The notes under the pieces: model-generated
Seen by the model: the letters and a program-made list of their open reading frames with translations, nothing else
Told to the model about the DNA's origin: nothing
Databases searched by the model: none
Translations under genes and position numbers: made by a program
Assembly (NCBI GenBank): GCA_049297775.1
Contig: JBAQUX010000017.1
Coordinates: 21,337-85,336 of the forward strand
Direction: 5' to 3'
DNA length: 64,000 nucleotides
Origin: Minisyncoccia bacterium
GTDB lineage: Bacteria > Patescibacteriota > Minisyncoccia > Phycocordibacterales > UBA2100
Part shown: piece by piece, positions 20,926 through 28,930 of the stretch
Position numbering within the stretch: the first letter of the stretch is position 1
How the letters are laid out: each line of letters opens with the position of its first letter

Positions 20926-21913
20926 CGTCTTCTGCGTCTTCAACGTCACTATCACCCATCTCAGGAATTCGTGCCATTGCGGTTAACAACTTTCCTATAT
21001 CCCCCTCCATCATGAGATCTACACCAGAGAATGATTCTTTGAGTCGGTGGTCCGTAACTCTATCTTGTGGAAAATTATACGTGCGAATCTTCGCTGAACG
21101 ATCTGTCTTTCCCACTTGCTGCTTTCTGTTTTCTGAACGCTCAGCTGCTTCTGTTTCATCCTTTAATTCTTGAAGGCGCGACATAAGTAACAACATTGCC
21201 TTTTCACGGTTTTGTTGTTGGCTACGTTCTGAAGTACAACGCACGTCAAGACCTGTCGGCTTGTGAATAATGCGCACAGCACTTTCGACTTTGTTCACAT
21301 TTTGGCCACCTTTTCCACCAGCACGAGAAAACTCTATTTCGAAATCTGTTGGTGCGACGACAATGTTTGTCTTTTTGTAGATTGGCAATATCGCTACTGA
21401 TGATGTGGATGTGTGTACCCGGCCCATTTTTTCTGTTGCTGGGATTCTCTGCACACGATGCACACCTGTCTCAAAGCGCATTTTTTTGTAACAGTCCTTT
21501 CCATGTATCTCAAATGTTGCCTCCTTGTAACCGCCGAGCGCAGCACGTGATTCGTAAAGTATTTTCCACTGCCATCCAGAATTATCTGCGAAACGTAAGT
21601 ACATTCGCGCGAGCTCTTCAGCAAAAAGTGCCGCCTCTTCACCTCCTGCACCTGGCCGAACTTCAAGCACAATTTCATTTGGGTACTCCTTAGCAGGATT
21701 ACTACTCACGGCAATTTTTTCAATTTGCATTACGAGCGCTTCTTTCTGAGTACCAATGTCCTCAAGCTCCTTCTCAACAAGTTCTCGCATAGTAGGGTCA
21801 ACTTCAAGTAATTCTTCTGCTTCTTTTTCGCTTGCGCTCAGACGCTTCCATTCTTCCACAAAGTACATGACTCGAGGGTCTTGTGCATACTTTTCTGGAT
21901 TAAACGTTGCCAT
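20918..21913 (-). CDS. prfA: Peptide chain release factor 1 with acidic C-terminal extension
   Basis: GGQ motif (SRAGGKGGQNVN) and PAT tripeptide (RIPATEKMGRVHTS) typical of RF1, not the SPF of RF2; start at MATFNPEKY. Confidence 0.85.
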   Translation of the reverse strand: MATFNPEKYAQDPRVMYFVEEWKRLSASEKEAEELLEVDPTMRELVEKELEDIGTQKEALVMQIEKIAVSSNPAKEYPNEIVLEVRPGAGGEEAALFAEELARMYLRFADNSGWQWKILYESRAALGGYKEATFEIHGKDCYKKMRFETGVHRVQRIPATEKMGRVHTSTSSVAILPIYKKTNIVVAPTDFEIEFSRAGGKGGQNVNKVESAVRIIHKPTGLDVRCTSERSQQQNREKAMLLLMSRLQELKDETEAAERSENRKQQVGKTDRSAKIRTYNFPQDRVTDHRLKESFSGVDLMMEGDIGKLLTAMARIPEMGDSDVEDAEDDD

Positions 21914-21936
21914 AGATGTGTATATATTATAATTAC

Positions 21937-21993
21937 AAAAAAGCACTCAACGGAATATGGCACTACTGTACCACAAACCTATGAGTGCTTTTA
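21937..21993 (-). terminator. Hairpin (aaaagcactca...tgagtgctttt) with T-run on the minus strand after rpmE
   Basis: 11-bp stem with a large loop followed by TTTTTT on the minus strand. Confidence 0.4.
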
Positions 21994-22000
21994 TAGAAAG

Positions 22001-22258
22001 CTATTTCTTCTTTGAAGCTGCTGCACGCGTCTTAAATTTCTCAACACGTCCTGCGGTGTCAACCATTGTAGATTTACCTGTGTAGAATGGGTGCGATGCT
22101 GAAGAAATTTCAACATAGAAAACTGGGTACTCTTTGCCGTCTGTCCAAGCAGCTGTCTGACTTGTCTTAACTGTAGAAGATATCAAAAAGCGTTCTCCTG
22201 AAGTGTTATCGTGAAAAATCACGAGCTTATAGTCTTGTGGGTGTATGTCTGTTTTCAT
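22001..22258 (-). CDS. rpmE2: 50S ribosomal protein L31, type B (no CxxC zinc ribbon)
   Basis: [17 protein letters not shown]...SHPFYTG matches L31; Cys pairs absent, as in the type-B (YkgM-like) form. Confidence 0.8.
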   Translation of the reverse strand: MKTDIHPQDYKLVIFHDNTSGERFLISSTVKTSQTAAWTDGKEYPVFYVEISSASHPFYTGKSTMVDTAGRVEKFKTRAAASKKK

Positions 22259-22304
22259 GGACGATACTATACAGGATTACCCGAAAAATGCAAAATTACG
22301 CCAC

Positions 22305-23606
22305 TTATTGTCCGCGTACTGTTTTTATCTCTCTCTCGTATCGCTCAACATGTGCCATAACCTCATTTCCATAAAATTGATATGCGGGCTTTGTCGCATT
22401 TGCCCAACCAGCGAGATATCGCTGTGCGGCAAGGCGTTCAGCAGAGCGTGTTTGTGCTTTTGCGCCTGCATCCTTTAAGTAGAGTGCTGTTGCGAACACG
22501 GCAGTACGTGGATTCCAAGGATTTGGTGGATTTTCACCTGTTACTGACGCAACACGAGAACGTATCCCCTTCCATGTAGAAGGAATGAATTGCCCAGGAC
22601 CCATGGCCCCTCCATAGCCATACCACACCTTCTTTGAAACAGGCATCTTGTCTGGGTCGAGCCCAAGCTCAGCACAAATTTCTTTAAATACTGGCCTATC
22701 ACGTGTCGGGTGCATGTCTACAGTCCATGTGCCCTTACCTACATTTTTTCCAAGATTTGATTCAGTTGTTAAAATACCAAGTATCAGTTCTGCTCGAACA
22801 CCAGTAACCGCCTGTGCCTCATCTGCATACTTAAGCATCGTGCCGAAGGATACGGGACCGGTTGTAGAATCACGAAGAGAGAAAAGTGCATTTTTTATTT
22901 GTGACGCAGTTTTTTCCTGTTGCTTAATATAAGTTTCGTAATTCTTTTCTTGACCTTTTGTTACCTTCAAAATCTCTGCCTTCTCTCGTTCGCGAGCTTC
23001 TGCAACTTTTTTTTCTTGCTCCTGTACTAATCGCAGTTGCTCATGCTCTTCTTGCTTTTCTTCAAGTTCTGTTTTCTTAGCTCCAAGTGCACGCTTTGAG
23101 TGCTCAATCTCATCATATGCTTCACTCAGAGACTCTTGTACTGTGGCGACATTATCTGAGTCGGTAATCATTCCCGTGATAGATTCCCCGCGCAAAATAA
23201 CCTCGACAAGTGTTTGGTCATCACGTGTTCTCTTCTGCCGTATCATTTGTGCTAGCGATGCACGAGCACGCGTTGTTCTATCGCTAAGAGCACTGATTTG
23301 CTTTTCTGTGTGTTGAATATCTGAAACCACCCCACTGATCACCAAGTCTCTTCGTTTAAGTGAAAGCTTTGCTTCCTTAACCTTCCCATCAAGTATCGCG
23401 ATGTCCCGTTCGATACTTTTTCTTTCTTGCTTTTTTGAATCAAGCTGACCTTTATTTGTTTCAATATCCTTTTCGAGAATTTTAAGTTGTTGCTCCAGCT
23501 GTTCACGTGTAAGCCCTTCAATAGCTGTTTGAGCAGATACGAACGGCACATACATCAATATGCACAAGAAAAGACTTACAGACACGGAAGCAAGTTTCAT
23601 ATCCAT
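22305..23606 (-). CDS. Secreted coiled-coil protein with C-terminal MltB-like lytic transglycosylase domain
   Basis: Signal peptide, about 230 aa of heptad-rich coiled coil, C-terminal YGYGGAMGPGQFIPSTW motif characteristic of family-3 lytic transglycosylases. Confidence 0.7.
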   Translation of the reverse strand: MDMKLASVSVSLFLCILMYVPFVSAQTAIEGLTREQLEQQLKILEKDIETNKGQLDSKKQERKSIERDIAILDGKVKEAKLSLKRRDLVISGVVSDIQHTEKQISALSDRTTRARASLAQMIRQKRTRDDQTLVEVILRGESITGMITDSDNVATVQESLSEAYDEIEHSKRALGAKKTELEEKQEEHEQLRLVQEQEKKVAEAREREKAEILKVTKGQEKNYETYIKQQEKTASQIKNALFSLRDSTTGPVSFGTMLKYADEAQAVTGVRAELILGILTTESNLGKNVGKGTWTVDMHPTRDRPVFKEICAELGLDPDKMPVSKKVWYGYGGAMGPGQFIPSTWKGIRSRVASVTGENPPNPWNPRTAVFATALYLKDAGAKAQTRSAERLAAQRYLAGWANATKPAYQFYGNEVMAHVERYEREIKTVRGQ

Positions 23607-23662
23607 GAAGAGTAATGATAAAAGTGCCTGAGCGCAAGCGAGATTCCTTGTATAGTATGTAT

Positions 23663-23690
23663 AAAAAATGGACCCATTGGTCCATTTTTT
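23663..23690 (-). terminator. Intrinsic terminator (aaaaatggaccc attg ggtccatttttt) after rplY
   Basis: Perfect stem flanked by A-run and T-run, so bidirectional in principle. Confidence 0.6.
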
Positions 23691-23692
23691 AA

Positions 23693-24352
23693 TTAATCTG
23701 ATTTCTTTTTATCCTTGTCTGGGGCTTTTGCTGCTGCGGCTGCGGCTGCTGCAGCTTGAGCTTCAGCAACTGCAGGAATTACATCTGGAGCAAGGTTAGA
23801 TACAACTTCCTCAACTGCCTCTGATGCGAGTGCAATGATTTCATCCTGAGAAAGCTCAGCTTCAGCACTTGGTGGAAGTGGAAGGTCAGCAACAGTAATG
23901 TGATCACCCATCTTTGCAAGCTTAGCAAGATCTACATCAACATGTGACGGAAGCTCATTTGGCAAAACTTCAATAGTTATTTCGTGAAGCACTTTAACAA
24001 TAACCGCTCCTGATTTTTCAGCAGCTGACATACCGATAAAATGAAGTGGGATTGTCGCCGTGAGCTTTTTAGACTTGTCGAAAGCATAAAAGTCTACGTG
24101 GAGCGCGTCACCTGAAAGTGGATGTACCTGCACGTCATGGACGAGAACATCCATTGAAGTACCGAGGCCAGCAATTGATATAATTGTTGACTCACCAGCT
24201 TTCTTCCAGACCTTAGTAAATTCTTTTGTATTAAGAGTTATAGATTTCGCAGGAGTCTGTGGTCCATACACAACAGCCGGGACCATTCCTTGGTCTCGTA
24301 ATTGTGTTACTGACACACCATCTGTGCGCTCTGTTGCGGTTACGGTAAGCAT
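23693..24352 (-). CDS. rplY: 50S ribosomal protein L25 / general stress protein Ctc, with Ala/Lys-rich C-terminal tail
   Basis: L25 N-terminal domain (VTQLRDQGMVPAVVYG), Ctc-type C-terminal domain, tail AAAAAAAAKAPDKDKKKSD. Confidence 0.82.
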   Translation of the reverse strand: MLTVTATERTDGVSVTQLRDQGMVPAVVYGPQTPAKSITLNTKEFTKVWKKAGESTIISIAGLGTSMDVLVHDVQVHPLSGDALHVDFYAFDKSKKLTATIPLHFIGMSAAEKSGAVIVKVLHEITIEVLPNELPSHVDVDLAKLAKMGDHITVADLPLPPSAEAELSQDEIIALASEAVEEVVSNLAPDVIPAVAEAQAAAAAAAAAKAPDKDKKKSD

Positions 24353-24419
24353 GGGCGCTAGTATACCTATTTTTCCCTCCTCTGCAACATGCGACGCATG
24401 CTAACGTAAGAAAACACTA

Positions 24420-24447
24420 TTGACGCATACCTACACTACTATATACT
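24420..24447 (+). promoter_or_regulatory. Sigma-70-like promoter (TTGACG - 16 nt - TATACT)
   Basis: Near-consensus -35 and -10 hexamers about 130 nt upstream of the 24590 start. Confidence 0.5.
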
Positions 24448-24468
24448 CACTCTATGAAACAGTTTTTT

Positions 24469-24554
24469 GGTGCACGTCGTACAACAACCTCAGCCCTCGG
24501 CTAAGTTGTTTGTGTGCACCTCTCATATGAACACCCTAGCCGGACAGGCTGAGG
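24469..24554 (+). ncRNA. Structured 5' leader with alternative pairings (possible riboswitch or attenuator)
   Basis: Long imperfect hairpin ggtgcacgtcgtacaacaac[..]gttgtttgtgtgcacc encloses cctcagcc. That segment can pair locally with ggct or with ggctgagg 45 nt downstream, so the two structures are mutually exclusive. GGAGG SD follows at 24580-24584. Confidence 0.35.
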
Positions 24555-24589
24555 TGGTCTTTGCCTGACGGGAGCATATGGAGGCGAGC

Positions 24590-25060
24590 ATGCACAACAT
24601 GCGGAAAAGTGCGTTTGTGAAAGTGAGCGGTGACCTAGTTTTACATCGAAAGGTGCTGAAATGGGTACGTCGACTTGCTGGGCAGTTTCATGTTGTAATT
24701 TGCACCGGCGGAGGTACTCAGATTAACGAGGCCCTCATAGCTGCAGGTTATGAATTACGGAAACATGGCCCGCTCGGACGCGAACTCGGTACATTCGAGG
24801 AGCGTCAACTTGCACGAAACGTACTTGAGATGAACAAGGCGCAACTTGAAGATCGGCTTGCGATGGAGAACATCCATGCGCATGTCGTGATTCCAGTTTT
24901 GGAAGTCGGAGGTGTGCTCTGTCATGTGAATGGTGATACATTCCTTGAAACAGCATATATTGGATTTGATTTATTGTTCGTGGTAACTACAAAGGAACGC
25001 GAACAAAATAAGTCAGATACATTTAGACATCTTCCGAAAGTCCGAGTGCGTTCGTTCTAA
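24590..25060 (+). CDS. Short amino-acid-kinase-fold protein (UMP kinase / carbamate-kinase-like motifs)
   Basis: VKVSGDL and VVICTGGGTQI resemble the N-terminal AAK nucleotide/phosphate loops; GDTFLETAYIGFDLLFVVT resembles the AAK C-terminal motif; only about 156 aa. Start taken at the second ATG with GGAGG 5 nt upstream (ORF open from 24578). Confidence 0.55.
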   Translation: MHNMRKSAFVKVSGDLVLHRKVLKWVRRLAGQFHVVICTGGGTQINEALIAAGYELRKHGPLGRELGTFEERQLARNVLEMNKAQLEDRLAMENIHAHVVIPVLEVGGVLCHVNGDTFLETAYIGFDLLFVVTTKEREQNKSDTFRHLPKVRVRSF

Positions 25061-25072
25061 CCCCATACGACG

Positions 25073-25101
25073 ATACCCTGACGCTTCACACGTCAGGGTA
25101 T
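25073..25101 (+). terminator. Intrinsic terminator (ataccctgacg..cgtcagggtat then T-rich) after the 24590..25060 gene
   Basis: 11-bp perfect stem, T-rich 3' flank. Confidence 0.55.
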
Positions 25102-25154
25102 TCTTATTCATTATATTTTAAAAAAGAAAAATATATTACTTACTAACAAAAAAT

Positions 25155-25179
25155 CTCCCAGAGGGAGATTTTTTGAGAA
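25155..25179. terminator. Bidirectional terminator hairpin (aaaaatctccc aga gggagattttttg)
   Basis: 7-bp stem flanked by A-run and T-run; ends immediately 3' of the minus-strand micro-ORF at 25182. Confidence 0.5.
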
Positions 25180-25181
25180 GC

Positions 25182-25253
25182 TTATTTCTTCTTCTTAGCT
25201 GCTGCCTTTTTCTTAGCAGGAGCCTTTTTTGCTACCTTTTTCTTTGCTGCCAT
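25182..25253 (-). CDS. 23-codon Lys/Ala-rich micro-ORF (MAAKKKVAKKAPAKKKAAAKKKK)
   Basis: ATG..TAA open frame; own bidirectional terminator 3 nt downstream; AT-rich promoter-like region upstream; coding status unproven. Confidence 0.3.
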   Translation of the reverse strand: MAAKKKVAKKAPAKKKAAAKKKK

Positions 25254-25395
25254 AGTGCGGAGTTATCTTTGTAAATTTAGAGCTCGACCTCTACACATAA
25301 GTATACGTTCGATTGCGCATGAGAGAAATATTTTTTCATGCAAGGTGTGAATAACTTTTATAAAACAAAAGTACAAAAAATATTTTTATATTTTT

Positions 25396-26433
25396 TTATA
25401 CTGATAATATTTTTTGTATACCTTTTATTTTTCGCATTGATTGCAACATCTGTATTTTAAATTTTTCATCAGTAGATATTTTCTTAAGTATCATGTCATA
25501 TGCGCTATGCACATCTTTCGGGAACAGCGCAATGTCTGCTCCTGCGACGAGTGCATCTAGTGGTGCAGTAGATATATTTGAAACTGCTCCCATGTTAAGC
25601 GCATCGGTAATTACAATTCCAGAATAGTGCAATGTATTTTTTAAAAGCTTCGTCATAATAATAGGACTCAGTGATGCAGGGAGATGCTTACTATCCCACT
25701 CTCCACCTTTCACAACCAAATGACCCACCATCATAAATGGTACAGCATCAGCGATTGCCGCTTTAAACTGCGGCAGTTCTAAGAGTGTGCCGGGAATTGT
25801 TTGCAAGCTTGTGTGTGTATCACCAAGAGCCATACCATGACCAGGAAAATGCTTTGCTGTGGCGTACACACCTGCATCATGCGTACCACGTACATACGCG
25901 CGAGTTAAAGAAATGATGCTTTTGCTATCGCTACCGAATGAGCGTGTTCCTATTACTGCCTTATTCTTATTTGAATCGTACACAGGTGCAAAAGTAACCG
26001 TTACGCCTGAATCATGTAGTTTTTTTGCGATTTTTTGCGCCATTGCATATGCCTTTTTTTCCGTCGTTAGAGTTGAGGTTTTTTGTGCCACAAGTGTCGG
26101 CATTCTGCTTTTTAATAGTGATGGCTCTGCATCAATAGCAACAATGAGTAACCCACTTCCCTGTCCACAAAGTGCATCGTGCTCACTTTGGATAGTATCT
26201 ATCATTTTTTTATTCCAGTCAGGGCGTAAGAGCATGTAGCTTATTGCATGTACTTCGCACAGAGTCTGCGCAAACTTTTTTGGATCTACATTCTTTTCAA
26301 GCGCGGGCATAATCACTGCTCCAGCAATTTCAGCATTTGTGATTGTTGCTTGCGCAATACTCGGGTCAATTTGAGTAACTGCAGTGGCATGGTGTGCGAA
26401 AAACAATAGAGCTGTAACGAAAAAATATATCAT
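25396..26433 (-). CDS. Glycoside hydrolase family 3 beta-N-acetylhexosaminidase (NagZ-like), secreted
   Basis: KHFPGHGMALGDTHT motif (KHFPGHG..D.H) of the GH3 N-terminal domain; N-terminal signal peptide. Confidence 0.8.
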   Translation of the reverse strand: MIYFFVTALLFFAHHATAVTQIDPSIAQATITNAEIAGAVIMPALEKNVDPKKFAQTLCEVHAISYMLLRPDWNKKMIDTIQSEHDALCGQGSGLLIVAIDAEPSLLKSRMPTLVAQKTSTLTTEKKAYAMAQKIAKKLHDSGVTVTFAPVYDSNKNKAVIGTRSFGSDSKSIISLTRAYVRGTHDAGVYATAKHFPGHGMALGDTHTSLQTIPGTLLELPQFKAAIADAVPFMMVGHLVVKGGEWDSKHLPASLSPIIMTKLLKNTLHYSGIVITDALNMGAVSNISTAPLDALVAGADIALFPKDVHSAYDMILKKISTDEKFKIQMLQSMRKIKGIQKILSV

Positions 26434-26437
26434 ATAA

Positions 26438-28150
26438 CTACGATAACATACTCACGAGCCGCAACTCATCGTATGTATACGCACCCTTAAAGTGATCGAA
26501 CACAGGTTGTAGTTTTGAATCGTCTGTATCCTTAATAACTTTAATAATCTGCGGAAGCGCATCTTGCACTCGTTCTGGGAGAAGTGCGAGCACAGTATCG
26601 CGTTCAATTTTTTGTTGCATGTATAAATCAAACACATGTGAACAGATGGTGCCAACAGTAAGACCTCGCTCAGCTGAAATCTCTGCAAGTGACATCCCCT
26701 TCTGTATGCGTGCAAGTGTTTCATCTTTTGTGGTAACTGCACTTTTTTTCACTCCCTTTTTTTTCTTTATCTGAACCCCACCTTCCGGCTTTCCACCGCA
26801 CGCACGCACAAAGGCATCGACGAGTTTCGTGTGCTCATCATTATTCATTCCTTCAAATAACACGCGCGCTTCGGCTGAAAGCAGTTTAAATTGTGTGTCT
26901 TGCGCATACATATCTGCATGCAACAAAAGTGCCTGTTCGTTTATACCAATAATGTACAACTGGGAGAGTGATGTGACACGCGATAACGCAACGTATCCTT
27001 GCCCATATTCAAAAGTTCGCGACAAATCTATTACTGCTCCGGAGAGTGTCATGCCCTGGCTTTTGTGTATCGTAATTGCCCATGCAAGTCGTAGTGGGAT
27101 TTGTGTTATGCGTGCCAAAACTTTTCCGCCATCAGATAGTGTCCACTCTACAGGCACCGCAGTAATCGTTGTTCCACCAACAGTTTTGACTTCGGGATAC
27201 CCATGCGCATTAAATCCAGTTACCTCACCGGTAGTGCCATTTACATACGCACCATCGAGGTCATTTTTTGTAAACATAACACGTGCCCCTACCTTGAGTG
27301 TCAGCACTTCAGGTGAGAGGCACCCTTTCTTAAGAGATAACACGAGAGCATCGCTTCCTCTATCTGTCATTAAGAACGACTCTGATTGTTCAGTGATTTT
27401 TGCAAGCCGTGCGTTATTTACAGAATCTACAGAATCGTTGTGTGTATACAAATGAGGAACATCTGTTGGCACTGCATCACCACTCACCATTCTTGTCTGA
27501 AGAATTTCTAACGCAGCATCTGTTGATGCGCTCTTTCTTAAATTACGCAGTAGTGTAAATAATTCTGTATCACTTTGTCTATGTTGTTCGTGCAAATAAC
27601 ACACGATTGGATTCAACTCTGTCCACGATTTTGATCTAAAGGCAAAGGGTATTTTTGGTTCGTCATCATATTCCATATCAACACCGTCTTCAATTGATTC
27701 GTACGAACGACGCACGATGGGTGGTAATTGAAAAAAGTCGCCAACAAGCACAATTTGTATACCTCCAAATGGAATTTCGCGCTGTTTAACCGCACGGCAC
27801 ACAGTATCAACCATGGTAAGCGTTGCATCAGACAGCATGGATATCTCATCAATAACGAGCACATGCGTTTCTGCGATACGTCTGAATACTTTTTCTCGTG
27901 TAAGAATGGCTTCAATATCATATTCGGTAAGAAATTTTCTTATACCGATACCACTCCATGCGTGTATAGTCATTCCCCCGACGTGTGTTGCCGCAATTCC
28001 GGTTGATGCAGTAATTGCTGGCTCGATGCCGTGCGCACGCAACCATGCAATATACTGATTTACCACAAATGTCTTTCCACTTCCTGGCTCTCCAGTCAAA
28101 AAAACATGGGCACCTGTTTGGAGTACCTGTAGTGCAGTTGTCTGTAACAT
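26438..28150 (-). CDS. Pif1/RecD-family ATP-dependent DNA helicase with C-terminal HTH domain
   Basis: Walker A GEPGSGKT, Walker B VLVIDEISM, Pif1-type motifs (VLVGDFFQLPPI), C-terminal helix-turn-helix (SLAEISAERGLTVGTICSHV). Confidence 0.8.
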   Translation of the reverse strand: MLQTTALQVLQTGAHVFLTGEPGSGKTFVVNQYIAWLRAHGIEPAITASTGIAATHVGGMTIHAWSGIGIRKFLTEYDIEAILTREKVFRRIAETHVLVIDEISMLSDATLTMVDTVCRAVKQREIPFGGIQIVLVGDFFQLPPIVRRSYESIEDGVDMEYDDEPKIPFAFRSKSWTELNPIVCYLHEQHRQSDTELFTLLRNLRKSASTDAALEILQTRMVSGDAVPTDVPHLYTHNDSVDSVNNARLAKITEQSESFLMTDRGSDALVLSLKKGCLSPEVLTLKVGARVMFTKNDLDGAYVNGTTGEVTGFNAHGYPEVKTVGGTTITAVPVEWTLSDGGKVLARITQIPLRLAWAITIHKSQGMTLSGAVIDLSRTFEYGQGYVALSRVTSLSQLYIIGINEQALLLHADMYAQDTQFKLLSAEARVLFEGMNNDEHTKLVDAFVRACGGKPEGGVQIKKKKGVKKSAVTTKDETLARIQKGMSLAEISAERGLTVGTICSHVFDLYMQQKIERDTVLALLPERVQDALPQIIKVIKDTDDSKLQPVFDHFKGAYTYDELRLVSMLS

Positions 28151-28180
28151 GTGCGGAGTATAGCAGACTGCGCTTATGAC

Positions 28181-28906
28181 TTATTCAAGCAAATACACAG
28201 CGCGCACAGTAAGCATAACGTCTTTCTCACGAGTAGAAGTATCGTATTCACCATAATCGGAAACTGCGGTTGCGTTTGGCGCGAGTACTTGCACGACGCC
28301 ACTTGATGCACTTTTCATTTTACCCACCTTTTGTTCCATAGAGCCAGCAAGTTCTTGAGCTCGTTTTTGAGCATCTTTTACTGCCTCGCCAATAAGTCGA
28401 ATACGCATCTCAGGAAGTGTAGAGATAAGATACTCCGGAGTTCGTGCTGTAAAACGTATTCCCTCTTGCGCAAGTACAAGCGTGTTTTGGGAAACTGTTT
28501 CGACACGTGCAACATCTTTCGTTTCTATAGTAACAGTTTGCCGAACTGATGTTTTTCGTATTTGGTTTTCTCCAGAACCAGTATAGTAGTCACTGGTACT
28601 AATTGGCGACGTGGTAATCTCTTCTGGTTTAAATCCATTGAGCGCAGAGTATTTCTTTACTTTAGCAGTGTCTTCGGCAACCCCTTCATAGCCCTTAACT
28701 ACAGCACCTTCTTCAACAATACGTTCTACATCAATACTCCACTTCGCGCTATCAGACATGACGCGCTCCTTTGTAGATCCGGTCACACTCAGTGTGTTAT
28801 CGAGCGCATGTACAGAGTAAAACGCATATGCACCAACACAAGACGCAAGTAGTATCGAGATGCCTATGATAAAAGCTGAAAGTGGCTGCTGAACGTTAGT
28901 ATTCAT
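28181..28906 (-). CDS. SIMPL-domain (BP26/OMP28-like, DUF541) protein
   Basis: N-terminal TM/signal and overall SIMPL-family pattern. Confidence 0.65.
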   Translation of the reverse strand: MNTNVQQPLSAFIIGISILLASCVGAYAFYSVHALDNTLSVTGSTKERVMSDSAKWSIDVERIVEEGAVVKGYEGVAEDTAKVKKYSALNGFKPEEITTSPISTSDYYTGSGENQIRKTSVRQTVTIETKDVARVETVSQNTLVLAQEGIRFTARTPEYLISTLPEMRIRLIGEAVKDAQKRAQELAGSMEQKVGKMKSASSGVVQVLAPNATAVSDYGEYDTSTREKDVMLTVRAVYLLE

Positions 28907-28930
28907 ATATAAAGTATATCACTACTACAT

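Noticed and set aside
20918-21946. Release factor 2 with programmed +1 frameshift
   Set aside because: The protein has the RF1-type PAT motif rather than SPF, and the ORF is continuous with no early in-frame TGA. I call it prfA.
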